Below, piece after piece: positions 1 through 12,480 of a DNA stretch of 64,000 bases (its first letter is position 1; the number at the start of each line of letters is the position of its first letter). Source of the DNA: Geosiphon pyriformis uo1 (lineage: Eukaryota > Fungi > Glomeromycota); the NCBI GenBank assembly GCA_016748015.1, contig JAAOMT010000057.1, positions 142,763 to 206,762 of the forward strand, in the 5' to 3' direction. The position numbers were made by a program, and so were the translations under genes. The notes beneath the pieces were generated by a model. It had not been told where the DNA came from, ran no database searches, and saw only the letters and a program-made list of their open reading frames with translations.

Positions 1-3000
1 GACCGATATCGCTTCTCTGATTCACTCGTCTAAAAATATTTAAAAATTAGAAAATACCAAATTTGAGTACAGGATTGAAAATTTTAACATACCTCCTCTC
101 CCTCTGGGATCATCCAAGCGATTTTGTGGTAAACGATTGGTTTAAGTGCAGTTAGAAGGTTCATCAAAGTGAATAGCTCTACTTTAATTTCAGTGACAGG
201 AAGGTTTAATCCAGATACTATGGTATCCATTAATGAATATGGTGGGAGACCCTAAAAAACAATTTTTTCAATAGTATATGGCTCACGTGATAAAGGACAT
301 AATTTAACAATATTAATTACCTCTTGACAAACTAAACTTAAATCCTCTTTATCAACAGTTTCAATGTTAATTTGACTTGTTTTAAAATTACCCAAAAGGC
401 GATCCAAAATACTTTGTATGACGATAAGTGATTGTTCATGGTCTTGAAAATTGGAAAATATTAGGAGAAATCTTAAATTCTAAAAATTTCAGATTTCAGA
501 TTCCATGCAGACCTTTATCATTTAAAACAGTCAATCTGTTAAGGACAAGTAAGGCGAAGGAACGAAGAGGGATCGATTCACTTTCTGCTGCTTGAAGGTA
601 GATCTTGATATTTTCTTCGAAATCTTTGCTAGACTTTAAATTATCTGAATTTTTGATAAACATTAATTGTTGAGCGTAATTTAGAATTATGTTTTTGTTT
701 TTTGATAGCTTAATCAATTACATTACCTGCTAGAATTTTAATTAATCGGATGTTGGCTGCAATAATTGGAGCGGTTACTGTTTGTTCCCCGTTGCTGTTT
801 TCCACAACTTCGATGACATCCACTCCATTTAAGAGTTCCACGTTACGTAGCTTCCCTAATTCTTTTAATAGTTTCAGACTTAGCTTCTTATTTTGATTCG
901 TAATCAGCATATTTTTTAACAATTCAGGGAGAACTGCAGATTTAGGATTCTCAGATAGTTCCCAGAATAATTTCACCAATACAGTTAATGACTTTCGCTT
1001 GATTTTAGATTGGATGTTGGGCAAGTTCACAATGTGTAAGAGAGTTGGTAGAAGTTGCTCGCTGGGAACATATGTGATAAGAATATTTGGGACCGATAAT
1101 AAGTAGCTGACGATTTCTTCATTGTCGTCACGTAAACGTGCCAATAATGTGTCTTTGATGAACTCAGATGACTAGAATGATTGATAACATTAGTGTAAAT
1201 ATCAAATTTAAAGTTGAACAATTTAGAAAGATTCGTACATCTCTAAATAACAGGGAATCTTTTTCTTGAGCCAAATCGACCACTTTTTTCAATCCTATCA
1301 TTCTAATATTTGATTCTGCATGATTGACGCTCAAAAACAGAGTGGTTCTTGCTTCTGATAAAGGCTCATGTCCGGTGCTCTTAAATAAATAAAATTATTA
1401 AAAGTACCATTTGGACTTACGATTTTGATTGGAATAATAAATTCAATTTCTATACCTTGAAAAAATTTGACAGCAACTCATACAATTCATCCCGAGTTTT
1501 TTGTAAATTTTCGGATGAGCTATTTTCAATGGCCTAAAAGAATCAACTTTGCTTTGTATAAGATTATGACAAGGTTCAAATTTAGAGAGAATCTCAAACC
1601 TTTAACTTTACATCCAACGACATATTAAGTTGCTGGGGATATTTTATCTGCACCAATCTGAGCAAGCTATTGATATGAGAGGTATCGACAGATTGTTGCG
1701 TTTCTCTCTGCTTTAGGTAAAACTCCAATATATATGTGCAAAAATTTACAACTACATGTGAAGGTATTCGAACTCTTTGGAAGATTTGAGTGAAAATTTT
1801 CCCATAAAATTCTCTTTGTGAATGATCCAAAATCAAAGCTGAAAAAAAGCTTTCCAAAAATCTATCCATAGCGTATTTTTGTGAGATCTCAGCAAGATAT
1901 ACCTCCAAATTTCTACAAATAGGTATAAATAGCAGTTAAGAAATTTGAATATATAAAAATCATAACGAGAGTTATGTATGGCAACTTACGGAAATGTCCG
2001 CAAGTATTTTAAAGCCTTCTCAGGAAAAGTATTAATCGACCCTTGTGTTTGACAAATATGTATGATGCATAGGAGGGAATTAAGTTCAACTTGGGGATTA
2101 TTGCGAAGAATTGCTACAAAAAGGGCTGATAACGTTTCATAAGCGAGTTCTACACAGCTGGAGATTTGACACGCAATCATATATGTTGCCACCTGACAGC
2201 AAATAAAGAAAGTTAAATATAAGAAGACTCATCCGAAATCAAAATTTTGCAGAAAATTATGATGTCACAAACTCGAAGTTCCGTCGTCCGCTTCCTTTTG
2301 CAACCACTCAACAAATAGGGCAAAAGGAGAGTCATGTCACTTTCGGTGATCTTTGGAACAGATTGAACATATTCGATAACGACGGCGGCGTAAAAAGAAA
2401 TGATAATTTTGAAGCGGGGGTCTGATTTCACAGCCGTTTTACAGATAAAATCCAATATTGAGCGGTCCTTGATACATATTTGAACAATAAGGGAACGATC
2501 TATTGGTTGGCGAGTCTTATTGATAGACTTGATGAATCCCCATTTGTTATTTTCTCTTTTTTGAAAAAAATAAATAAAACGGACTTATTAAATAAAGATT
2601 TTTGTATAATGAAATACTGCATTTGAAGACAGAATGTCAAATTTTTATATATTGTAAAACTTGGTAAATGCGATTGGTGACATACTCTATTTTTAGTAGC
2701 GAAGCCATCAAAACGAAAGATTTGGTATCGTGATATGGCAAGATGCAGGCCATAATATCATCTATATTGAATTCTTGAATTCTAAAATATCAGGTAATTA
2801 AGGTAAATAAATCATTCATTATATCACTAATTGAAACATTAAAATTTGGGAAATACAAGATAACCTAAACCGCCGTATTAGCCATTCAAGAACCTTCCCA
2901 GCTGGTTTTACTAGAAAATATGGGGACAAGCATCTCAAAAAACGTGCTATACATTTATTGAGTTTTTTGTTTTCTTCTTCGGTCTAAAAAATGATTTGAA

Positions 3001-3311
3001 GTTCGTTGAGATCAGCAATGCGAGTAACAGGGAAGTTCATTTTTCAGGTTTCTAACCTGGAGAACACGATCAACGTTTTTTACAGCTTCAGAGAATAATG
3101 TATCCTCATATTCGGCAAAGCCTTGATCAATTTTCTTTAATTCTTCCAAGCCAGCAATGCCAATTGAATGAATTGTGTTCAAATCATAGTCTGCAGCTTG
3201 TTTAGAATCAAATAAAAAAGATGCACGATGCTTCTGTATTAAAGTCTGAGTTGCACGAAGGGCATCTCCATTGGCGATTTTTTTTAGTTGTATAGATAAC
3301 GAAGTTGTCAT
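1..3311 (-). CDS. UTP10: U3 snoRNA-associated protein 10 (HEATR1), multi-exon, 3' part runs off the window
   Basis: ATG at 3311 begins MTTSLSIQLKKIA...RASFLFDSKQAADYDLNTIHSIGIAGLEELKKID...TLFSE, the conserved Utp10 N-terminus. Downstream GT-AG exons (ORF pieces 2213-2455, 1986-2192, 1594-1908, 710-1144, 496-717) are HEAT-like. Confidence 0.93.
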
Positions 3312-3514
3312 TTTATTAATTAAGTTGAGGAGAGTCAAAAGCCGTAAATTCAAAATAATTAATTTTTTTTTTAATAAAAATCTTATCAGATATTACAGTG
3401 CAGCACCAATGAAAAAGATTCATCTTTGTCTTTGTTTTGCATCTATCGTCTCATTTAGTTTTTGCTCCATACGTATAACCCACCTATACACTTAAATCTA
3501 TATTACCCAAGATC

Positions 3515-4620
3515 ATGCCTGACGAGTATTGGTAACTGCTTTTCTTTCAAATTATTTGGCTATTATTCTTAATATAACAACTCAAGTTTTTCTCGCGACT
3601 TCTCAGTCCTGTCTACGCGCCCGTCTTTGGTGCCCTAGGTTGTACCTCCGCAATCGTATTTACGTGTGAGTAATTTTATTTATTTGAGATTGGGAAGAGC
3701 AAGCTATAAATTTTGGAATCAAAAGTATTGGAAGCAGGTGGTGGGTAGCTATTTATTTTCCTGCTCCAGACCTTTTTATAAACATCTCGTAAAAAGCATC
3801 CTATTGGGAAATATTAAAAAGCTGAAAAAAGAAAGTTGCTTGGGAATTGTGTGTTTCTATATATCATCTTTATAAAGGATCTTTTTTCTTGAAGCTTGAA
3901 GTCGTTTTTGCGCCATTCGGATTATAATTCTTAAGCACATGTTTGAATAGTTAATGCTTTTTCATCATTTTTAACAGGCTTTGGAGCTGCATATGGAACA
4001 GCTAAAGCTGGTGTGGGTCTATCGGCCATGGGTGTTTTACGCCCAGATTTGGTTATGAAAGCAATTGTTCCTATTGTCATGGCCGGTATTATTGGTATCT
4101 ACGGATTAGTTGTCTCCGTCTTGATTTCGGATGGCCGTAAGTAACTTCTACATCTTTCTCATTCCAACTAAAATCCCTGAAACACTATCTCACTTTTTTT
4201 ATGGAAAAATCTGAATTTAGTTAAACAAAAAATGTCTTTATACACGTATGTGATAATAAATTTCAAATTTTCGCAAAATTTTTTGATTGAATGATATAAC
4301 GCATGTTTAAATATTACTTGCAGTGGGTTTATTCAACTCGGAGCTGGTTTGAGTGTCGGGTTGGCAGGACTTGCCGCTGGGTTTGCTATAGGTGTTGTTG
4401 GCGATGCTGGGGTTCGTGCAACGGCACAACAACCACGTTTGTTTGTTGGAATGGTATGTGATTTCCAAAAATGATAGATCAGATCATTCTTTGACTTACT
4501 AATTTCTTTATTACCTCATAGATCCTCATCCTTATTTTCGCTGAAGTACTGGGTCTTTATGGGTTGATCGTCGGTTTGATCTTAAATACCAAAGCTAGTG
4601 GAGATGTTCAGTGTTCTTAG
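3515..4620 (+). CDS. VMA3: V-type ATPase 16-kDa proteolipid subunit c (6 exons; absent from ORF track)
   Basis: Manual splicing gives [75 protein letters not shown]...[46 protein letters not shown]..., TAG at 4618-4620. Confidence 0.95.
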
Positions 4621-5018
4621 ATCCAAGAATATCATTCAATTGGTGGGACATAAGAAAGCTCATAAGGATTTTATATTAAATCGGTGGGCCAAAATATTAG
4701 CTATTTCTTTCGTGTTAAAAGTTTCCCGAGATTATACATTTGTATTTCTGACTGTTTGAAGTTTATATTATTGTGTTTTGCTGAAAATCTTGTAAAACGG
4801 TATAAGGAAATATAAAACAATTTCTAAGTTATTACGTTTCTTTGGATATTCGGATCGACTGATTCCAGGGATCTTGTCTACTATTTATTACCCCAAGACT
4901 AAACAGCATATGCTAATTTATAAAAATCGAGAGAAATTCCGATTGTGCATGAGAAATTAAATTGGCAGAAGTGAAAAAGTCAAATAACACGAGTTTAGGG
5001 ACAACTGAGATCCTTAAA

Positions 5019-5412
5019 TCAACGCGCCTCGAATTGAACCACTGATAGTTATCAAGAGCGTCTCGAGAGTAAGTTTTCAAAATAAAAAAATTCAAATTCA
5101 ATAGAAACACGCGGGCCCATCTCAGATTAAAGTCTGAAACAGGACTTACTTCTCTTAGTTCTCATCTTGTACATGATACGATGTCCACATTCTTTGCAGC
5201 GGAGCGGCTCTTTTGGTTTGATTTCATTATCTACTCCACAATCTCAAGACACCGAAAAACTCTTAAAACATAACTTTGTTCTATCTGGCAAAATAAACGA
5301 GATATTTTTTTACAGTATGTTTATTACCTGCGCACAGATAGTGCATTTGTTGTTGCTGTTGTGTGGTTCTATTGTTGGATGCACTTGGACCTTGATACTG
5401 TTCCCTATTCAT
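5019..5412 (-). CDS. RPB12: DNA-directed RNA polymerases I/II/III subunit RPABC4 (Rpb12/Rpc10), 3 exons
   Basis: Spliced MNREQYQ...[44 protein letters not shown]; zinc ribbon and VQFEAR C-terminus are diagnostic. Confidence 0.95.
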
Positions 5413-5566
5413 CTTTGGGGTTTTTGGAGTATAACAAATGTTATTAGAAAGTTGGAAGCACAATTTTACATTGATCTTCCCTATTAGAATTAGTCCCGTG
5501 ATTCGTCGATCATGAAATTTTGAAAAAGTCCCAGGTTACAACTTTTTCACAAAAGTCACTTGCAAG

Positions 5567-6833
5567 ATGACTATAAATGGTTATAAGTTGCTCAACACCT
5601 GTGGTGATGGCGCTTCCGGCACTGTCTTCAAAGCAAGGGAAGAAAAGACTGGTCAATTTTTTGCAATCAAGCGGGTGGCAAGATGTTCCCGCTATAACAC
5701 TGATGGTCGAGAGTTCCAAATCCAAAAGGAGATCAATGTGTTACAAAAAATGCACCACGAAAATGTCTCAATTTTTTCTTATTCATTTAAATCTGGGTTT
5801 ATTCTTGCTTGTTCAGCTTAAAATACGTTCATGTTTTGCAAATTAGGTAATAGCTCTATTACATTGGGATAAACCACCCTCACCGAGAAGTGCTGCCTAT
5901 CTTGTATTCCCTTATTGCCCCTTCACACTCAACTCCCTTTTATGTAATTACAAATTGAATGAAATTCAGAAGAAGTTGTGTATATGGATGATTCTCCAGG
6001 GTCTTGCATATATACATGAACAAGGAGTAATCCATCGAGATTTGTCAGCTAGAAATATTTTAATTAATGAAGATGGAGTTATCAAAATTGCGGATTTTGG
6101 AAATGCATGGATGGAATCAGAAACATGTGAAGACGAAACGCGAGGAAATCTAAACTTTAATGTTGGTACAAGGTCTGCATGAAAATCTAGGTTATGTTTT
6201 TAAGCTTTTCTAACAACTTACCGATTGATATTTTTCATAAAGGTATTATCGTGCACCTGAGCTCTTTTTTTCCTGCTCAAACTACACTAAATCGATTGAC
6301 TTGTGGTCTGTTGGGTGCATTATTGCCGAGTTTTTTACTGAGCCTGTTGGAACACATTTGTTCTGTGGAGAATCCGATCTTGAACAAATTTGCAAAATAT
6401 TCCGTGTTCTAGGTGCCCCTAATGATTCCACATGGCCTCAAATGAAAGAATTCCCTGATTATGGAAAATTAGAATTCATATCTCATCCCACAAACGGACT
6501 TGATAAGCAACATCTGCCTAACGTTAATGAATTTGACACTATCCAATTTATTAAAAAGTTCTTGGTATACCCAAGTGAAAAACGAATGTCGGCACGAAAG
6601 GTGAATTGATTTTCATTTTTAATTTTGGATGGCACCGTTATTTATAAAATTGATTTCTATTAAAATTTCGTGGGTTAAAATATATTTAGGCATTAGAGGA
6701 TTCCTATTTGTCAACAATATCATCTGTTGGGATACATTTGGATATCTCATCTCTGGAAGAAATCGTTCAGGAACACAGTGATTCCAATGAACTTATGAAC
6801 TGCGAGTTTGGATATAGAAATTTTTATACTTGA
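5567..6833 (+). CDS. CMGC/CDK-like Ser/Thr kinase (CAK Csk1/CDK20-like), 4 exons
   Basis: [48 protein letters not shown]-type insert [18 protein letters not shown]; no PSTAIRE. Confidence 0.85.
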
Positions 6834-7325
6834 ATTTTCATATTTTAGATCAAGATATATCAATTATTCAATGAAACTAAGATGAGTATTTATTTACCCT
6901 TATTTTATTTCTACCTAATAACTCACAAAAGTTAAGAACATCCAGATTTAAAAAAAAACTCAATTGTATTTTTTAGATGCGTCGAAGAATATAATATTTC
7001 AAGCCACCTTTTAGGGAGAAGCGAAATTATATGACAATCCTATTTATATGATTTAAATTCAGCTGCGTCTTTTTTCTTATGGCTAGGTATCATAATAAAG
7101 CCAAATCTCGGATGGAAATTTTTCCAGTATTAAACAATTGACTTTTTAACAAGCTTGAAGATCAAATAAGATTAAGGTTATAAATAATCACGTATCGACA
7201 TTTGAGTAACAATTAGCTTATTTTTACGCGTCTTATTTATCAACTTAAAGGAAATAAGCATTGATCCATCTCGCATTTGAGTATAACACTTCTCTCTAAG
7301 CTCGCACACAATAGTATTAAAGGAC

Positions 7326-10300
7326 ATGGACGGAAAGGAACTTCTCGAACCTAACATCGCAGTTCTATTTGACAGAGTCGAGGAACCCCTATCAACGATT
7401 ATTGATCATAATTCACACGAGACTCTTGTAGAACCAATTTTACCGGCGTTGGAAAATGACTACTGTCTTAACTGTCAGACCCAAACTATATTAGCTAATA
7501 GGATCTTGTTCATCGACGGAGCTTATCTGTGTTTGCTATGTGGCATGTAGAAATGGACTTGCTAGTGTCAAAAATGCCCTCTTAAACTTACATTTGCTAT
7601 CTTTTAATCGTCAGCTGAACACTTAGAATTGAAAAATGCTCGGTCTCCTCAACAGCGTGAGCCTAATGAGAATGTGGTAAGCCAGCTTGATATATCTTCC
7701 ACTTAGGAAAGCTTACCTACTAACACTCAAACCGATGGATGAATTTAAAACTGACACAGGAAATCTATCCCTTTCCATCTGAAAATTCCTCAGGATCCAC
7801 ACTCAAAAAACATATTCCCATTTCTCCCCAGTTCCCGTCTAAAGAAGGGCTTTCTTCTCAAGCAAGTAGCCCCCAATCGGAATTCATGGATGTTGCAGAA
7901 CATGAAAGCGAAGAAAATCAATTAAATGAAAGACTTGAAAAATGGAGAAATGAAAATCTATCGAAGCCAAGACAACGAAAACGTCAAGAAATGCTTTTTT
8001 ACAAAAAAGGCTGCTCTAATTGTAAAGTCTTGACATCATCAAGTTTTACAAACACCCTTTGTAATGGATGCTGTATGTATTTTCATTTTTTTTGCTACCA
8101 TAATTCTCATTATTTAATTTTACATTAAAATTTCGATCGCAGACAAGTTCTGGAAGCTGCATAATGCGCATCGTTCACTTTATAAAATTGTCCAAAGTGA
8201 ATTTGAAAGTGAGACCGACGAGGAGTGGGATAGAAATAAGAGCCGTAAAATTATAGAACATCCTTCTAGATGCTCAAATTGCAAAGCTGCAACCTCCGTC
8301 CCTTTTTTTGGTGAAATCTGCTCAGCATGTGGTAACTGGTGTTATTATTTCCAAGATATTAATTGAGATTTCCACATAATGCATCTAATTTTAATCAACA
8401 TTTATCTCAATAGATCATATCAAACGATCTAATGATGGAAGCCCTTGTCCCAAAGAATTAATAGAAGAAAACTCTGCGAAAAATCAAGTCTTCGAGCCGA
8501 AATTGTTTACTCGTAGGAGAAAGCAATTATGGCATAGAGAATATTGTGAAAACTGTGGGAAGGCAGAAGGTCGTCGATGGACAAATGACTCTCAGGGCCG
8601 GCTCATTTGTGGAACATGTGGTAAGTAGGATAGGAATTAAATCAAAGATTTCAAGCTCAACGAATAATCTCGAGTTCAAGATAATTAAAAAATATTTTTA
8701 CTAATTTACCTCAGACGAATACTTTTATAAATATAAAAAGGTTCGCTCGGAGAAACAATTAAAAAGTTATGCCAAAAGAAAAGCGAAACATGACGCAAAA
8801 AGGGTCAAAAAAAGAGAAGAAAGGGTGAAACGTTTACGCAATATCATCAAACTTTCGACGCCTTATGATATTGTCCCATATTATCCATGTGTTAACTGTC
8901 GAATAGAAGTATCTTACTTTTTCAAGAATGGCCTGTGTGCTCCCTGCTGTAAGAATTTTCTAATATGAATTATTTTATATATTCTTTGCTCATTAATCAA
9001 CAGACATTAATATTTTCTACTTCCAGTTTCTTGGCAACTTAGGTTTAAGGAAGACCGGCCAAAGGAAAGAAAAGAGCGAGAAGCCAAGCTGGAAAAGTAC
9101 GCAAAAGAGAAAGTTGAGCTTAATAAGTTTGAATGGAATAAATTCACAGACCAGTAAATGTTCATGAAATTTTTTCTCCTGCCTTTTAAACGCTATAATA
9201 AGCAAATAGTTATCTCCCTTTCCTTTGCTTCTCATCAATAATACATGCTCCTGAAACATATTTTCGCTCTAGCCTTATTCATGATGGATGTAAAAGATAT
9301 AGGGTAGCTCAAGATAACGCACAATATGAAATACTCGCTCAAGATCTCGTATATAATCCTTACTTATTACCGAGGGATACCATAAAATCAAGATGGAAAC
9401 ATTTTGGAAGATACGGTAACCTTTACAAAAGGATTTAAGTCGAATTCTATTCACCATCTTGAGATTGTTCTACCGTTTTTTTTTGGTTAGAACGTCCTTT
9501 TATGTTGGTGTTTGAGGATCATGTCCCCTTTCGAGATGCAAAAGGGAATTTTTACATAAATAGAAGCAGGTAAAATTGCGGTAGCTATTTAATGAGATTT
9601 TTAGCTCTTGAACTAATTAAAATTTTGGTTTCACTCCAAAATTTCGACTAGTAATCGAATTCCAATAGATGCGGCAGCCAAATTTGCTATAAACCCTGAA
9701 ATTTTCCAACATCGAGGAATTTCAACATTCAAACTTTATATGCGTCGTTACGACCCATATATAAATTATGATGATTATGGTGCTGCTGTTGGTCGGAAAT
9801 ATTATAATGAACACTCTCCCAACAATCTGAGTTATAATATAACCGCTGAAGAAGAGGCTGATCTAACTTTCACAAACCCTTGGGAATTCTTTGACGCCAA
9901 GGGTAATTTAATGAATTCATTCACCAGATCAGACGTTGAATCCGATATAAACGACATGGCTGATAAGGAAGATTCCCAATATCTAGACAATTTTAGCGAA
10001 ATAAAAGGTTAAGTAACACATGAGGTTGATATTTGTTGCAAATAATTTTCTTCTTTTATTACACTATTATTTAAGTTCAATTATTTATACTTAGATACTC
10101 TTCCACGCCCTCAAGTAAAATTTTGCGTAGATTTCATTGAAAAACCACGAGATATTAGCGCAGAAGAAGAATCAATCTTCTATACCAAGAACGAAAACAA
10201 AATTGTTTACGTCTTTAAGATACAATTTTTGATATCGACAAATTCAGAAAATGAAACGCACGAATTGTTTCAAAATTCCCGAGGAAAAATTCAATGGCAA

Positions 10301-10432
10301 AAGTCAGAACGATTGATGGAACGGGGAACTGAATATGAACCCAAATATCCGCCAGCCGTTTTAACTTTATCAAATACAAAATATTATTATCGTGACTCGA
10401 TCCCGCTGAAAGCGAATAAAATGGGTCTCTAG
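7326..10432 (+). CDS. Multi-exon protein with five degenerate GATA-like C4 zinc fingers; 3' part (9270-10432) may belong to this or a second gene
   Basis: Open spliced frame 7326 to ~9152 with CLNC..CLLC, CSNC..LCNGCYKFWKLH, CSNC..CSAC, CENC..W..CGTC, CVNC..LCAPC..RP. Exon phases after ~9270 not resolved. Confidence 0.65.
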
Positions 10433-11564
10433 AATTTAGATATCCCTTAATTAGAATTTTATACGTATTATACAGCCAATATTCTAAGATTATAATCCTT
10501 TTAGGATTTGTAGTTTGCCCAAAGCCTCACTTTTTGAGATTTGGGAATCTGATATTCATAGCTTTTCATCTGGGAATATTCCACATATACTGCAACAAAA
10601 CCCGACAAACTGAATGTAATGCCATGAAAAAAATTTCAAGGATCAAAATTTTTCTCACGCAAAATTTTATTTTTGTTATTCCAACATTTTACTCAAGTAT
10701 TATTGGTACGAATTAAATCAGTGAATTCTCAAAGTTACATTTTTTATATTGCAAATGTTCGATTCTCCTTTATTAAAGGATTAATTTCAATTGTCTTGGA
10801 TTCTTTATTCTTTATTCTTTATATTTAAATTTTTAATATTGTAAAGCTTGCCTCTTTTCAATTATAAAGATTTTATTAAAAATCTAAATACAACTTATGT
10901 ATTTATTCTATATAATTAATTATTTGTGTTAATTAAAAATTGTTTTTTATAGAAAGTTGTTTTATGTTTTTATTTTTATTTTTATTAAGCATTGTTCAAC
11001 CATTATTTAAAAGTTTAACATAAAAGTTTAACAATAGATGCGAATTATGTACTTTTTACACATTAGTTATTTAATCTTATTTTAAAACTACAAATACTGT
11101 AAATAATTCATTTTTTTAATGTAATATCTAATATTTTTTATTTAAACACATCTTAATTAAGTTTTAATGGCTTTTTACAAACTTAATTATTTTACTTTGT
11201 ATGTTTTATAAGTTTAATATTTAATTAAATATGTTATTATATATTTTATTATCAAATTATATAAATTAAGATTTTACTATTTTATTAACATATTTTATTA
11301 TTAAAACAAATTAATTTAATTATAATCTTAAATTTTGTTTTTTATAAGCAAATACCAATAATTTTATTAATAATTAATTAAATTCAATTTTTAAATCAAA
11401 TTTAGTTAAATTAAAATAAAATAAAAATACTTTTATTTTTTATAGTTTTTAATAATATAATTATATAAAAAGATTTTTTAATAAAAACAACTAAATAATA
11501 TTTTGTTAAAATGTTTTTTTTAAATAATAAAACTCAACTATTAAAAACACTACTTTTAGCTAGA

Positions 11565-12480
11565 AATCTGATTGAATCAAACCGAACCGATTTTTAAATA
11601 CTGTTCGATTTATTAACTAAACCAAATTTTTAAAGTAAGTTCAGTTCGAGTTCGAAATTGAATCTTTTTGACAAGTTTGAGTTCAGTTCAGGTCTGGTTC
11701 AAAGTTCATAAACTTGTTCGAATTCGATAGAATTAAAAAAAATATATTTTTTGTATTATTTGTTCATTAATCATTACTTTGTTTAATTACTATGATCAGT
11801 ATAAAACTATACATATATGACAACTTTGCTTTCCAACTTACCACAATAAACTTATTGTCTGTATTATCTAATATTACTAAAGATTCAAAATTTGAAATAA
11901 TGGAATTTGATAATCCAAATAATTCAAATATTAATATTTCTGGTAAATATAATTTTTAGAATAAAGTATAAAACTATTTTAATAAGTTTGAATAAACCAA
12001 AAAAAACAGCTAAATATAGCAGTCTTAAAATGTATGCATAAATTATTTTTTGTAAAATATAAACACTACCAAATTTTTATAATATTATTTAAAGGCTTTT
12101 TACTAAACAATATATATTACAACAGAAAAATATTATAAGAAAAACAAAATATTTAAAAAGATTATAAGTTAATTAAAAAAAATTTAACAGATAAGATTAC
12201 CAATTTAACTAGAAAACTGTTTTAGTTTTTTGTAATAACTGCTATTAAAATTAAAAAAAATTAATTAATAATATAACATAGTTTTTAATAATTAAATTTA
12301 AATATGTTTATAAACTTCAAACCAAATTTGAATTAAACTTGTTGTTTGAGTTTAAGTTTAATTTAAATTCAGTAATTTTAAGTTTGATTCAAGTTTAAAT
12401 TCAAAATTTAGCCAAAATTTCTATTTAAGTTTAGTTTTAATTTAATAATTTGATTAAATTTAAATTAAACCAACTAAATA
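11565..12480. mobile_element. Decayed DNA-transposon relic (hAT/MITE-like) with subterminal GAACC/GTTCGAGTTC motif arrays
   Basis: caagtttgagttcagttcaggtctggttcaaagttcataaac (~11672-11713) has a degenerate inverted counterpart gtttataaacttcaaaccaaatttgaattaaacttg (~12306-12341); motif arrays at both ends. Confidence 0.45.
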
